The notes: generated by a model from the letters alone, not told the origin. DNA of 58,768 nt from an uncultured Thermoplasmata archaeon (GCA_964535805.1 CAZHUM010000005.1:1-58768); one strand, 5' to 3'; shown: positions 10,168 to 20,602, counted from the first letter of the stretch. Numbers and translations: made by a program.

Positions 10168-11490
10168 ATGATGGATTTATTTAATAAGAAAAAAAGCAGC
10201 GGGGTTCACCCTCCGGAGAACAAGCTGTCCAGCGGTAAAAAGATAGAGCGAGCCGAACTACCAAGAGAGGTTACTTTACCGCTGAGCCAGCATATAGGAG
10301 CACCAGCTAAAGCTGTAGTCAAAAAAGGCGACCGAGTAAAAACTGGGCAGAAGATAGCCGAAGCCGGCGGATTCGTTTCTGTACCCATCCACGCCACGGT
10401 ATCGGGAGAGGTTAAAAAGATCACAAAGACCGTCAGTGCGGTCACTTCACAGGTTGTCGAAGCAGTAATCATAGAATCCGATGGAAAGGACGAATGGATC
10501 GAGATAGAGAAGCCGAAGCATCCCGACAGACAAACAAAAGACGAGATGCTGGAGCACGTCAAAGAAGCCGGTATCGTCGGTCTTGGAGGCGCTACTTTTC
10601 CAACTCACGTCAAGCTGCAGCCTCCACCGGATAAACCTATCGATACGATCATCGTCAACGGGTGCGAGTGTGAGCCGTACATCACATCGGATCACAGATT
10701 GATGCTGGAGAAGGGTGAAGAGATACTCAAAGGCCTGGCTTTGATGATGAGGATGATCGGGTGTAAAAGGGCTTATGTGGCCATAGAGGACAACAAGCCC
10801 GATGCTGTGAAGAACATGAGATCCCTTCTTTCCAAGGTAAAATTACCAGGTAAAGTCACCGTCGAGTCCCTAGGTACGAAGTACCCGTTGGGGGCGGAGA
10901 AAACCCTGCTCAAAAGGATCCTGGGTAGAGAAGTACCTGTTGGAGGTCTGCCCATGGAAGTCGGCGTAGTGGTACAGAACGTCGGCACGCTGAAAGCCAT
11001 CCACGATGCCGTTTATTTTGGGAGGCCGTTAGTGGAGAGGGTGGTCACAGTCACGGGCATGGTCAAGGAACCCAAGAATCTACTTTCACGTTTCGGCAGA
11101 CCCGCAAGAGAGCTGATAGATATGTGTGGAGGAACGGTCGGAGACGCTGACGTTATGATATTCGGAGGTCCCATGATGGGTATCGCACAGCCGAGATTCG
11201 AAGAACCGACACAGAAGGGAACCAATTCTATACTGGTCCAGGAGAGCGAGAATATATCCGAGGCGAACTGCATACGATGTGGAGCATGCATCGAATCATG
11301 TCCCATGGACTTGGTCCCCCTGATGTACGTCCATTACACAAAGAACGAAATGTACGCAGAACTAGCAGATTACTGGATAGAGAACTGTGTGGAGTGCGGA
11401 TCCTGTGCTTACAACTGTCCGGCAAAGATACCCATAGTCCAGTACATCAAGGTTGGAAAGGCGGAATCGGCGAAATTGGGGGGTAAATGA
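10168..11490 (+). CDS. rnfC: Rnf complex subunit C
   Basis: QHIGAPA, GIVGLGGATFPTHVK, NGCECEPYITSD, GGPMMG, two CxxCxxCxxxCP motifs. Confidence 0.96.
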   Translation: MMDLFNKKKSSGVHPPENKLSSGKKIERAELPREVTLPLSQHIGAPAKAVVKKGDRVKTGQKIAEAGGFVSVPIHATVSGEVKKITKTVSAVTSQVVEAVIIESDGKDEWIEIEKPKHPDRQTKDEMLEHVKEAGIVGLGGATFPTHVKLQPPPDKPIDTIIVNGCECEPYITSDHRLMLEKGEEILKGLALMMRMIGCKRAYVAIEDNKPDAVKNMRSLLSKVKLPGKVTVESLGTKYPLGAEKTLLKRILGREVPVGGLPMEVGVVVQNVGTLKAIHDAVYFGRPLVERVVTVTGMVKEPKNLLSRFGRPARELIDMCGGTVGDADVMIFGGPMMGIAQPRFEEPTQKGTNSILVQESENISEANCIRCGACIESCPMDLVPLMYVHYTKNEMYAELADYWIENCVECGSCAYNCPAKIPIVQYIKVGKAESAKLGGK

Positions 11491-12479
11491 TGCCAGAAAA
11501 AAACGATGAAAAGGGGTTGAAAGTAAGCACTTCACCCCACGTACACGCAAAAAAATCGACTAAAAGGATCATGTTCTACGTTTGTTTAGCACTCCTTTTA
11601 CCATCAGCCACCGGGGTTTACTATTTCGGTATATACGCACTTTTCGTTATATTGGTCTCAGTTTTCACCTGTATACTTACGGAATATGCTGCCAAGAAGC
11701 TCAGAAAACGAGAATTCAAGATGGATGGGAGCGCAATAGTGACCGGCTTACTTTTAGCTCTTATATTACCTCCTCGTGTCCCACTATGGGCTGTCGTTAT
11801 CGGGGCCGCCTTCTCGATCGCTCTTATAAAGGAAGCATTCGGAGGTCTGGGATACAATATCTTCAACCCCGCCTTGGCGGGCAGAGCCTTCCTATCCGTG
11901 AGTTTCGCCGGGATGATGACCCGGTGGGTGGCGCCAGTATCATCACCGATAGCAGACGCGGTATCTACCGCCACCCCTCTTTCAGAGAATTTCTCGTATG
12001 CAGGTACAAAGCATGAACTATACATGGACCTACTCTTCGGTAACGTCGGAGGCTGCATAGGTGAAACATCAGCACTTCTTATTCTCATAGGAGGACTAGC
12101 GCTTCTCGCCCTAGGCGTGATCAAATGGAGGATCCCGGTCATATTCATAGGAACCGTTTTCGGCCTTACATGGCTGATACCCGGACAGGACCCGATATTC
12201 CACATCTTGGCAGGAGGTCTTTTCCTGGGAGCCTTCTTCATGGCCACGGACTATGTCACCGCACCTCTTACTGCAAGGGGACAGATGTTGTTCGCTTTCT
12301 GTGCGGGTGTTTTAGTGGTGATGATCAGACTCTTCGGTTCCATGCCTGAAGGTGTGGCGTTTTCGATATTACTCATGAACGCCTTCACCCCGCTGATCGA
12401 CCGATACATAAGGCCGAAGCCATACGGTTACGTACCCCCAGAAAAAGATGAAGAAGAGGAGGGCGATAAAGATGAATAA
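11487..12479 (+). CDS. rnfD: Rnf complex subunit D
   Basis: FGGLGYNIFNPA, STATP FMN site, GCIGETS, FMATDYVT. Confidence 0.96.
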   Translation: MMPEKNDEKGLKVSTSPHVHAKKSTKRIMFYVCLALLLPSATGVYYFGIYALFVILVSVFTCILTEYAAKKLRKREFKMDGSAIVTGLLLALILPPRVPLWAVVIGAAFSIALIKEAFGGLGYNIFNPALAGRAFLSVSFAGMMTRWVAPVSSPIADAVSTATPLSENFSYAGTKHELYMDLLFGNVGGCIGETSALLILIGGLALLALGVIKWRIPVIFIGTVFGLTWLIPGQDPIFHILAGGLFLGAFFMATDYVTAPLTARGQMLFAFCAGVLVVMIRLFGSMPEGVAFSILLMNAFTPLIDRYIRPKPYGYVPPEKDEEEEGDKDE

Positions 12480-13047
12480 AAAGGATTTCATGACTGATAT
12501 ATTCCCGATACTGTTCTTGACTATCGTTGTATGCGTATCTGTGATAGCGCTGTCCTTGACGAATTCCGTAACGGAAGAGAAGATAGAAGAGGCGAAAAAA
12601 GATGCAGTACGCGAGATGCTCCGTGAACAGTTCCCACAGATGAAGGATTACGGATACGATGATGAATACGAATTCTACACGGTTTACGGGGAAAACGAGG
12701 AGGTCATCGGTTACGCATATCAAACTGAGGGCAGTGGCTACGGCGGTCCCATCGAGATGTTGGTGGCCCTCGAAGACACAAGCCTGACCGCCAACAACAC
12801 GGTCATCCGAGGTATATCAATTATCTCACATCAAGAAACGCCTGGTCTAGGCGCAAAGATAGAACAAGAATCCTTCCTGAACCAGTTCGAAGGAGTGAAT
12901 GCTAACGAGGTACGATTGGCGGAGGATGGAGGCGAGATAGATGCTATATCAGGAGCCACGATAAGCTCTTCAACCGTGGTAAACGAGGTGCAGCAATCGG
13001 CCCTGGAAAAAGCCGAACAGATAAGAGAAACACAGGAGGTGGATTAA
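12472..13047 (+). CDS. rnfG: Rnf complex subunit G
   Basis: N-terminal TM, GYGGPI, ETPGLG, DAISGATISS FMN site; start moved to ATG 12472. Confidence 0.94.
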   Translation: MNKKDFMTDIFPILFLTIVVCVSVIALSLTNSVTEEKIEEAKKDAVREMLREQFPQMKDYGYDDEYEFYTVYGENEEVIGYAYQTEGSGYGGPIEMLVALEDTSLTANNTVIRGISIISHQETPGLGAKIEQESFLNQFEGVNANEVRLAEDGGEIDAISGATISSSTVVNEVQQSALEKAEQIRETQEVD

Positions 13048-13048
13048 G

Positions 13049-13663
13049 ATGTCCGGTACGATTGAAAATTTTAAGAAAGGCATAATAGATTCCAACCCCG
13101 TTCTGGTTCTGTTACTGGGTCTTTGCCCCACTTTAGCGGTGAGTACCTCCATAGATAACGGACTGGGTATGACAGCGGCGGTCCTTTTCGTACTTCTGTG
13201 TGCCAACATAATCGTTTCACTTATACGTGATTTCATACCTGAAAGGGTCAGGATACCCGTATTCATCGTAGTGATCGCAACTCTTGTGACCATAGTCGAT
13301 CTCTCGATGCAGGCGTTTTCACCCGGGCTGAGCAAATCACTGGGGATCTACATTCCCTTGATAGTAGTTAACTGTATAATCTTGGGGCGTGCAGAAGCGT
13401 TCGCTTCGAAGAACAAATTAAAGGATTCCGTAGCCGACGCCTTGGGCATGGTCGTGGGATTTGGAATAGCGATAGTGATCATATCATTTTTCAGACAAGT
13501 GCTGGGAACGGGTAAATTGTCTATCATGGGTTTTGGCATAGTCACACTACCCGGCCTCTCAGATAATCCCATGGCTGTATTCATCCTACCCATGGGTGCT
13601 TTTATGGTGATCGGGGTTTTGCTAGCCGCCTTAAGATACGCAGGGGTGATATCAAATGAATAA
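13049..13663 (+). CDS. rnfE: Rnf complex subunit E
   Basis: LLGLCPTLAVST, IPLIVVNCIILGRAEAFA. Confidence 0.95.
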   Translation: MSGTIENFKKGIIDSNPVLVLLLGLCPTLAVSTSIDNGLGMTAAVLFVLLCANIIVSLIRDFIPERVRIPVFIVVIATLVTIVDLSMQAFSPGLSKSLGIYIPLIVVNCIILGRAEAFASKNKLKDSVADALGMVVGFGIAIVIISFFRQVLGTGKLSIMGFGIVTLPGLSDNPMAVFILPMGAFMVIGVLLAALRYAGVISNE

Positions 13664-14231
13664 CCTATTATCGATTTTCATAGGCATGGCCCTGATCAAC
13701 AACTTCGTATTGACGAAGTTCCTGGGTCTTTGCCCCTTCTTCGGTGTTTCTAAGAAACTATCCAGTGCATTAAGTATGGGCATGGCCGTTATCCTGGTGA
13801 TGACAGCGGCATCGGCAGTCACGTGGATATTGTTCTTCCAGATCCTAATTCCATTCGGTGTTGACTATATGTCCACGGTTATATTCATACTCGTTATCGC
13901 TTCCCTTGTACAGATAATAGAATTGACTATAAGAAGGACGAACATGCCGCTCTACAACGCTCTAGGAATATACTTACCGCTTATTACGACAAACTGTGCC
14001 GTTCTCGGTGTGACCTTTATCAACGCTCGAAGCGGTTTCACCTTCATAGAAACATTAGTGAGCGCTCTCGGTGCTGGATTTGGTTTCACATTGGTTCTAG
14101 CGATCATGTCCGGTATTCGAGAGAGATTGGACATAGCCGATGTGCCGGAATCATTCGAAGGTATCCCGGTCGCTTTCTTGGTAGCCATGATGCTGGGTGT
14201 CGCTTTCATCGCATTCGGAGGCATGATCTAG
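13656..14231 (+). CDS. rnfA: Rnf complex subunit A
   Basis: NNFVLTKFLGLCPFFGVS, LPLITTNCAVLG. Confidence 0.95.
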   Translation: MNNLLSIFIGMALINNFVLTKFLGLCPFFGVSKKLSSALSMGMAVILVMTAASAVTWILFFQILIPFGVDYMSTVIFILVIASLVQIIELTIRRTNMPLYNALGIYLPLITTNCAVLGVTFINARSGFTFIETLVSALGAGFGFTLVLAIMSGIRERLDIADVPESFEGIPVAFLVAMMLGVAFIAFGGMI

Positions 14232-15065
14232 ATGGACCCTCAATTGATTATAATCATAGTCACTCTCACCGCTGTAGGGATGGGCTGCGGTATAGCTATC
14301 TACCTGGCGAACAGGTTCCTGCCCGAAGAGGACGAGACTCTAAAGGAGGCGGAGGAAATTCACAAATATCTGCCAGGTATGGACTGCGGTGCCTGCGGTC
14401 ACCCAGGCTGTTTTGCATATGCGGGAGAGGTTGCCAAAGACCCGAGTACATTACAAACAAGTCCCTGCATGACCCTGATGAACGATGATGAGGCGCTCGA
14501 GGGATTGGGAGATTATCTGGGGATGGATCTCAGTGGTGGGGAGAAGAAAGTCGCCGTGGTCCACTGTGTAGGCGAATCTGATACCATATACGACTACGAA
14601 GGTGTAGAAACCTGCAAATCAGCTATGCAGTTATCGGCTGGATTCAAAAGGTGCCCCTATGGCTGCCTGGGTCTCGGTGACTGCGTGAAGGTCTGCCCGG
14701 TCGATGCCATCTCGATAAATAAAGAAAAAGGAGTGGCGGAGATCGATCCAGAGAAGTGCATAGGCTGCGGGTTGTGTGTCGACGAGTGCCCGAATAACCT
14801 TATAGAGCTCATACCGGCCGAGATGCCGCAGTACCTGGGCTGTAATTACCTTTCCAAAAAGGATATACCCAGCAGAGAACGATGTGACACGGGCTGTATC
14901 CACTGCAGATTGTGTGTAAAATTCGCTGAAGGGGACGAGGTCCAATGGAACGAAGAAAAAGACCTTCCCTATTTCGATCCAGAGAAATGCCTACCTGCAC
15001 CTGATTCGATAGAAAAATGTCCCAGGGATATTATAATCCCAAGGGATGTTGAAAAGAATAAGTAG
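14232..15065 (+). CDS. rnfB: Rnf complex subunit B (polyferredoxin)
   Basis: N-terminal TM, LPGMDCGACGHPGC, CPYGCLGLGDC, CIGCGLCVDECP. Confidence 0.93.
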   Translation: MDPQLIIIIVTLTAVGMGCGIAIYLANRFLPEEDETLKEAEEIHKYLPGMDCGACGHPGCFAYAGEVAKDPSTLQTSPCMTLMNDDEALEGLGDYLGMDLSGGEKKVAVVHCVGESDTIYDYEGVETCKSAMQLSAGFKRCPYGCLGLGDCVKVCPVDAISINKEKGVAEIDPEKCIGCGLCVDECPNNLIELIPAEMPQYLGCNYLSKKDIPSRERCDTGCIHCRLCVKFAEGDEVQWNEEKDLPYFDPEKCLPAPDSIEKCPRDIIIPRDVEKNK

Positions 15066-15078
15066 ATTTTTTTATTAT

Positions 15079-16410
15079 CTACATCTTTTTGATCGCCATC
15101 TCGGCTGCGTTTACCAATGGATAAGCTATCGGAGATGCGGTCACTGCGGGGTGAGTCGCCATCTGGAACGTAGCGATATCGTCGGCTGTCATCTTCTTCT
15201 GTATACAGGCGCTGATAACGTTGACAACTTCTCCAGCACTCGGGTCTCCACGTACCTGTCCACCTATCAATACACTGTTCTTTTTATTGAATATCAATTG
15301 AACTTTCATGGGGTGCCCGCCGGGCATTCCGCCCGGATGTCTGTTCATCTTCTCGAATTCACCCACTGCAACTTCGAAACCTTCCTCTGCAGCTTGTTTC
15401 TCGTTCAAACCCGCCATCGCGATGGTCAGATCACCGATGGCAGTTGAGAAAGCACTTACGACACCTGGACTTTCACGCTTTGTGCCGAATAGATTTGCTC
15501 CTACGATCCGGGATTCCATGGTCGCTACGGAAGCTAGTTTGACACCGCACGGTTTACCGGTGAAGAATGATCTCTTGGAGGTACAATCTCCACATGCGAA
15601 GATATCTTTGTCGGATGTCCTCATGTGTTTATCGACGATCAGTCCACCTTTGTCGGTATCCAAACCTGTTTTTTTACCGAGTTCAGCGTTTGGTATGACA
15701 CCGATCCCTACCACGAGTAAGTCGGCCTTCAATTCACGACCGTCAGATAGTTTGACTTTTTCAACCTTTTCACCACCGAGGACCTCTTCAAGTTTCGTCC
15801 CAGTGATTACGTTGACACCTCTTTCCTCTAATTTTTTCTCCGCATCGATACAGAAGTCTTCAACGAAAGCCAGCATCAAGCAGTGAGGCAGCATCTCTAC
15901 GACTGTAACGTTCAAACCACGTTTGTTGCACTCGTCGGCGAATTCTACTCCTATGAAACCACCGCCTAAGATAACAACCTCTTCCGCGTCCTCCATGGAA
16001 TCCAGCATGGAATGCATGTAATCCACGTCTTTGACGACGGAGAAAACGTTCTTTTTATCTAGTCCGGGTATGGGCGGCATGATTGGATCCGCACCCGTTG
16101 CCAAAACTAGTTTATCGTATTTGACTTCCTCTCCACTCTTCAGCACGACCTTCTTGTTGCCTCTGTCGATGTTCTCTGCTTCATCGATTATAAGGTCTAT
16201 ATCGTTCGCATCGAGTACACCGTCGGGTATCAAGTTGTTCTCAGGTTTTTCAACAGTCCCGAAGATATACGGTATCCCACAAGGGATCAATACCCTATCT
16301 TCTTTCCTGATCAGTGTAATACTCTTATCTGGATAGTGTCTTCTAGCAGTTATACCAGCAGGGATGCCCGCTGCACTTCCGCCTATAATTACTACATCTG
16401 CTTCTTTCAT
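15079..16410 (-). CDS. FAD-dependent pyridine nucleotide-disulfide oxidoreductase (CoA-disulfide reductase/NADH oxidase family)
   Basis: GGSAAG, single redox Cys in PCGIPY, LATGA, GGGFIGVE, ACGDC, C-terminal dimerisation domain. Confidence 0.88.
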   Translation of the reverse strand: MKEADVVIIGGSAAGIPAGITARRHYPDKSITLIRKEDRVLIPCGIPYIFGTVEKPENNLIPDGVLDANDIDLIIDEAENIDRGNKKVVLKSGEEVKYDKLVLATGADPIMPPIPGLDKKNVFSVVKDVDYMHSMLDSMEDAEEVVILGGGFIGVEFADECNKRGLNVTVVEMLPHCLMLAFVEDFCIDAEKKLEERGVNVITGTKLEEVLGGEKVEKVKLSDGRELKADLLVVGIGVIPNAELGKKTGLDTDKGGLIVDKHMRTSDKDIFACGDCTSKRSFFTGKPCGVKLASVATMESRIVGANLFGTKRESPGVVSAFSTAIGDLTIAMAGLNEKQAAEEGFEVAVGEFEKMNRHPGGMPGGHPMKVQLIFNKKNSVLIGGQVRGDPSAGEVVNVISACIQKKMTADDIATFQMATHPAVTASPIAYPLVNAAEMAIKKM

Positions 16411-16603
16411 CTTATTATCCCCATTTTTTATCTACTGGCTTGGATCTTGCCAAGCTCTATTGAAAATCAATTAAATCGATTAACTATATACCATTTTGCT
16501 TAACAATTGATTGGATCTCCTTTAAAAGATAACACTCTAGCTTAACGATTGTAAATACATCAAGACTTTCAAAGGTGGTATGAAAAGAAGAAAGATTAAA
16601 AAC

Positions 16604-16870
16604 TCATACCAGGGTTATATCGATGGCTTCGGCACTCTGGATGCCTTCTATGTCTTTGAGCCTATCTTCCATCTCGTCGACGATACCGCCTTCGTCAGGT
16701 ATAACGACAGTCGATATGACCGCCATGAGTCCGAATGCTATCTTCTCCTGTGAAGAGCCCTTGTACGTTCCGTACTCTTCGGCGATACTCTCTACTTCCG
16801 CTTTGATGGCATCTAGATCTGCTTCGGGGTCCTCGGGCATGATCCTGTAAACCAGCATTACGTCCCCCAT
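16604..16870 (-). CDS. ef1b: Translation elongation factor aEF-1beta
   Basis: MGDVMLVYRIMPEDPEADL...IAFGL motif; true start ATG 16870. Confidence 0.93.
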   Translation of the reverse strand: MGDVMLVYRIMPEDPEADLDAIKAEVESIAEEYGTYKGSSQEKIAFGLMAVISTVVIPDEGGIVDEMEDRLKDIEGIQSAEAIDITLV

Positions 16871-16871
16871 C

Positions 16872-17039
16872 TCAGGGCCCCCTGAAACCACATTCTGGAC
16901 ACTCGTATTTTTCACCCTGATCACGGCACTTTTTGCATCTTCCTATAGTAGCTTCACCGCATTCTGGACATTCGAAAACCGTGTTTTTCAACCCGACCAA
17001 GGTTATACCGCATGAGGTACAGTTGAAATCTTTTTTCAT
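16872..17039 (-). CDS. Small zinc-finger protein (HVO_2753/DUF1610-like), 55 aa, not in ORF track
   Basis: Manual translation [55 protein letters not shown]; four CxxC; usual position upstream of aEF-1beta. Confidence 0.92.
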   Translation of the reverse strand: MKKDFNCTSCGITLVGLKNTVFECPECGEATIGRCKKCRDQGEKYECPECGFRGP

Positions 17040-17268
17040 CGTTATCGATTTTTCGAGAAAGCAATAGATATTTAAGATTGTCGCTTTAGATGGATGCTAA
17101 ATGGTGGCTTCCTGATGGTTTCAAATTATAGAGGAAGACATAACTCTATAGGAATTAATTCCTACTCTCACTCGAAGCAAGTTCTCGTGATCATGACATA
17201 TTCGTTATGTCCTCCACAACTAGTCAAAGACGCAGACAAATTATACAAAAGTTACGTCTTTGACTATA

Positions 17269-17733
17269 TTATTTCTTCTCCAATATCGGGATCTGACTCC
17301 ATCTCTCTTCATAAAGGATATCCATGAGCCGCTCCTTTGCCTCTACCATCTCCTCTGTCATCCCTTCCTTTAAGCTCATATCTTTGGGCTGGATACCTAT
17401 GAGAACAACTTCATCCACGCGCCTGCCCAGGAACTCCATAACCAACGAGAGGGGCATAGCGTGTGTGCTCATGGTGAATACACCCAATCTGTCTCTGGGC
17501 ACGATCCTGATCTCACCGGCGTCGAGTTTTAAGTGAGCGGCATCGACTATTATAACCGTGTCGTATGTGTCCTCCTCCACATGGGGGATGACGTTCTCTG
17601 GTACGGTACCGCAGTCTATGGTCTCCCACCCTTCTTTTTCGAATTCCCTCGCGATAAGTTCCCCTATAGCATCGTCCCCTCGGATGTCGTTACCCACGCC
17701 AAGGAGCAGTACTCGTTTCATCGAGAATTTCAT
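17269..17733 (-). CDS. hycI: Hydrogenase maturation endopeptidase (HycI-like)
   Basis: LLGVGNDIRGDDAIG, CGTVPEN, IVDAA, STHAMPL, IGIQP. Confidence 0.9.
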   Translation of the reverse strand: MKFSMKRVLLLGVGNDIRGDDAIGELIAREFEKEGWETIDCGTVPENVIPHVEEDTYDTVIIVDAAHLKLDAGEIRIVPRDRLGVFTMSTHAMPLSLVMEFLGRRVDEVVLIGIQPKDMSLKEGMTEEMVEAKERLMDILYEERWSQIPILEKK

Positions 17734-17814
17734 ATACACACCGTATAAAACCTTTCCTGATATCAAAAATCATCAGAAAAATATTTGTTATAGAATCCAC
17801 TTTCGGCATTTGAG

Positions 17815-18741
17815 ATGGAAAATTTCAAGGAGAAGTATTACCGGCTGCTGGAATTAGCTCCGCGGGAAGAGGTCGACGAATACGCGAAGAAGCAGCTCAA
17901 GAAACGACTGTTAGAATGGTACAACAAAGAGAAGAACTATCTTGTAAGTCTAGAGTATTTCGTCAACGGGAAAGAATTCGACAATTTGATGTCTGGAGTT
18001 TACAATATCGAGCACTTGGAAAAGATGAAGGTCAAGTTCCTGAGACCCGATCTAGACATGGAGTGGAACTTCACTAGACCCACAAAGGAATTACTCGAGA
18101 AAGAGGGCAAGGGATTGTGCAGGTCATTCGATTACGATTACAGGTCATTGAATAAATGGGTCGCTGCCAACAAGATGCACAACGAGAAAGTGATGGTAAG
18201 AGCTTATATCTCGGATTTCTTCGAGCCGATATCGATCAAAACAAAGTCACAGTATCACCACGCAGAGGAAGTTCCCCAGCGATACCAGCCAAGGTTGGAG
18301 ACACTCAGTGGTCTATGGCAGGATATGAGGAGTGGTGTTCTGCCCTTCGAAATAAGACTATCGCTTTACACTCCTGAAGATAGGTACTTGTACCTCATAG
18401 ATCCAGTTGCAGACATGCAGAAGCCACACCCTCTTAGTCACGTAACTTATGAAAGGGAGAGAAGGGAAGCCATCGATTATCTCCATTTCGATACCGTAGC
18501 GGCTAGGATAGGTCTCCCTAAGCTGGTAAGGAATATCATGGAGTTCATCTTCGAGTGTGGTGAGAAGACATTACCGGATGTTGCCCATACTTTCAACGTG
18601 GCGGAGAAAATAGCTCAAAACAGTGTTCAATCTCTTGTATCCAAGGGGTTGGTCAAGAAAAGAAAAGACGTTTATTACCACATATCCATGGAAACGATAA
18701 GAGAGTATTATCAAGAATATATATCAAATCCACCAAAGTAG
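17815..18741 (+). CDS. Hypothetical protein with probable C-terminal winged HTH
   Basis: Long ORF; C-terminal pattern LPDVAHTFNVAEKIAQNSVQSLVSKGLV. Confidence 0.6.
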   Translation: MENFKEKYYRLLELAPREEVDEYAKKQLKKRLLEWYNKEKNYLVSLEYFVNGKEFDNLMSGVYNIEHLEKMKVKFLRPDLDMEWNFTRPTKELLEKEGKGLCRSFDYDYRSLNKWVAANKMHNEKVMVRAYISDFFEPISIKTKSQYHHAEEVPQRYQPRLETLSGLWQDMRSGVLPFEIRLSLYTPEDRYLYLIDPVADMQKPHPLSHVTYERERREAIDYLHFDTVAARIGLPKLVRNIMEFIFECGEKTLPDVAHTFNVAEKIAQNSVQSLVSKGLVKKRKDVYYHISMETIREYYQEYISNPPK

Positions 18742-18742
18742 C

Positions 18743-19324
18743 TCAAATTTTCCTCCATCTATCCTCTTCATTTTCATGTTTTTCTTCGATATTTTTGCTG
18801 CGGCTAAGCGGAACCCTCCTTCTGACGTACTCAAAAAAGATAAGGGTTACTGCCAGGATCGCCACCACTGAAACTATATATCTCCAGTCGGTCCATCTAC
18901 TGACTCTCTCTTCTACTGAGACCTTGAAAAGGTCCGCCTTTTCGTAGTAATCCTCGGGATATAAATACACATCTGGATAGATCTCTATTTGGAATCTGTA
19001 GTATATATTACCGGTTTTTTGTTGAGCCGGTATTTCGTATGTCCATGTTTTATTATCATTCTTTCTATACATCATATTTACGTGGTCGTTCTCTTCTACA
19101 TCCCACCATAGGATGTAGACCGAAGAGATGTTCTCGACATCGAAATCGATAGTAATGTTAAGCGTCTTCCCTACGTTAACGCTTTCAGTTTGGTCATGTT
19201 GGACTCCAGGTTTCCATTCCTGACCCACAGATGCGGATGTGCCAGCGCACGCAATAACAAATAAAATACAGATTGATATAATAACGTGCCCCGTGCCCGA
19301 GGGTAAAATAGTCTTGACATCCAT
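18743..19324 (-). CDS. Hypothetical exported protein with C-terminal membrane anchor
   Basis: N-terminal signal-like segment, beta-rich core, C-terminal TM followed by RRR. Confidence 0.65.
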   Translation of the reverse strand: MDVKTILPSGTGHVIISICILFVIACAGTSASVGQEWKPGVQHDQTESVNVGKTLNITIDFDVENISSVYILWWDVEENDHVNMMYRKNDNKTWTYEIPAQQKTGNIYYRFQIEIYPDVYLYPEDYYEKADLFKVSVEERVSRWTDWRYIVSVVAILAVTLIFFEYVRRRVPLSRSKNIEEKHENEEDRWRKI

Positions 19325-19328
19325 CGAT

Positions 19329-19808
19329 TTATTCCTCTCGTATAAGGTCTCCTATGGTTATACCCTGACCTTTTTTGGATTGGTTGGGTACGTAATCCCC
19401 GAGCTCTTCCATCAAAGTTATCCCAAGGATATGCTCCAGCTTGGCGATGAGTTCGTTGCTCGGGTTCAGGTCTCCGTGTTCCAACTTTGCAACGACGGAT
19501 TTCTTTTCCATCATCTCTTTAGCTAGGTCTTCTTGGGTCCAGTTTTTCACTAATCTAGCGTCCCTAATCCTGTCAGGATAGTCCATAACGAGCTCTTTTT
19601 TTCCCTCGTTATGGGAGCTTCTCTCATAAGCTTGCCTTCTCTTCCTATTTATCCTTTCGATTATCTCGTTCTTTGTAGTACCTCCACCTTCTGACGAAAA
19701 CACTTCTTTTCCATGTCTTGCACATTCACTGCATACCTGAAGGGTTGACCCTTCGATGACAACGTTTTTCGCTTTACTGATCTTTTTCCCGCAAAGTTCG
19801 CAATTCAT
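19329..19808 (-). CDS. mbf1: Archaeal multiprotein bridging factor aMBF1
   Basis: CELCG...IEG...VCSEC Zn ribbon plus HTH (WTQEDLA, KLE), C-terminal TIGDL. Confidence 0.93.
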   Translation of the reverse strand: MNCELCGKKISKAKNVVIEGSTLQVCSECARHGKEVFSSEGGGTTKNEIIERINRKRRQAYERSSHNEGKKELVMDYPDRIRDARLVKNWTQEDLAKEMMEKKSVVAKLEHGDLNPSNELIAKLEHILGITLMEELGDYVPNQSKKGQGITIGDLIREE

Positions 19809-19975
19809 GTATAATCCCCCATGTTAGTATCAAGAGTAGATTTAACAGATATAAAGATTTTTATTATTATTCAATAAAAAGCGGTATTAGGGGTCAAAAA
19901 TTTAAGAAAACTTTTATATGCCCAATTTCATTACAGGGTAGTTAAAGTAAATTCAAAAATACAAAAAGTGATATC

Positions 19976-20602
19976 ATGGCTTCAAAGAAAAAATCAAAGA
20001 AGGAAGCTGCTGATTGGTTCGACGAGCTTGACCAAGAGTTAGAGAAACAGACCGAGAAAACATTCAGGGATCTGGGTAAAAAGGAAAAGAAGAGAGCGGA
20101 ATTCAATCAACAGTTCATAAAAGATTTTTGGAGGATATGGATTCGATTCGAGAAACTTAATGTGCATTTCAGCGTGAAGCCAGAGTATAGTTCATTCGCT
20201 AACTTTGATGAATTTCCCGAGGATTGGGAATTCAAAGATGACTTTGATTTTTCAGGAGTTAGGGTCATAAAGCTGATGGATAAGACACAGGAAGAAGAAC
20301 GCGCTGGTGACACACTCCTATTGGAGTACTATAAGGAGGACGATGAAGATAAGGTTGGCTTATTCTTCGAGTTCTGCGGGGGAGAGACCTATTACAAGTA
20401 CAGCGGATGGAAAAGGATCTTCGCTAGATACACTCTCTTCGAGTCGGATTTCCCACTAAAAGACAAAGATGTCAACAATATCCACGACATCATGAAAGAC
20501 GTAGTGAAAGTTTGGTACGAATCACATCTAAAGAGGGATAGATCCATAATATTAGAGCATATCAAATCTGAGTACGAGAAGGTAGAGGAGTATCCAGAGT
20601 AA
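19976..20602 (+). CDS. Hypothetical protein
   Basis: 208-aa ORF with host-like codon usage and an upstream TTTTATAT TATA-like element. Confidence 0.7.
   Translation: MASKKKSKKEAADWFDELDQELEKQTEKTFRDLGKKEKKRAEFNQQFIKDFWRIWIRFEKLNVHFSVKPEYSSFANFDEFPEDWEFKDDFDFSGVRVIKLMDKTQEEERAGDTLLLEYYKEDDEDKVGLFFEFCGGETYYKYSGWKRIFARYTLFESDFPLKDKDVNNIHDIMKDVVKVWYESHLKRDRSIILEHIKSEYEKVEEYPE

Noticed and set aside
17094-17327. 77-aa plus-strand ORF, and a minus-strand MITRTCFE-TGA (CxxU-like) mini-frame
   Set aside because: The first overlaps hycI convergently and has no motif; the second hits another stop two codons later and has no SECIS evidence
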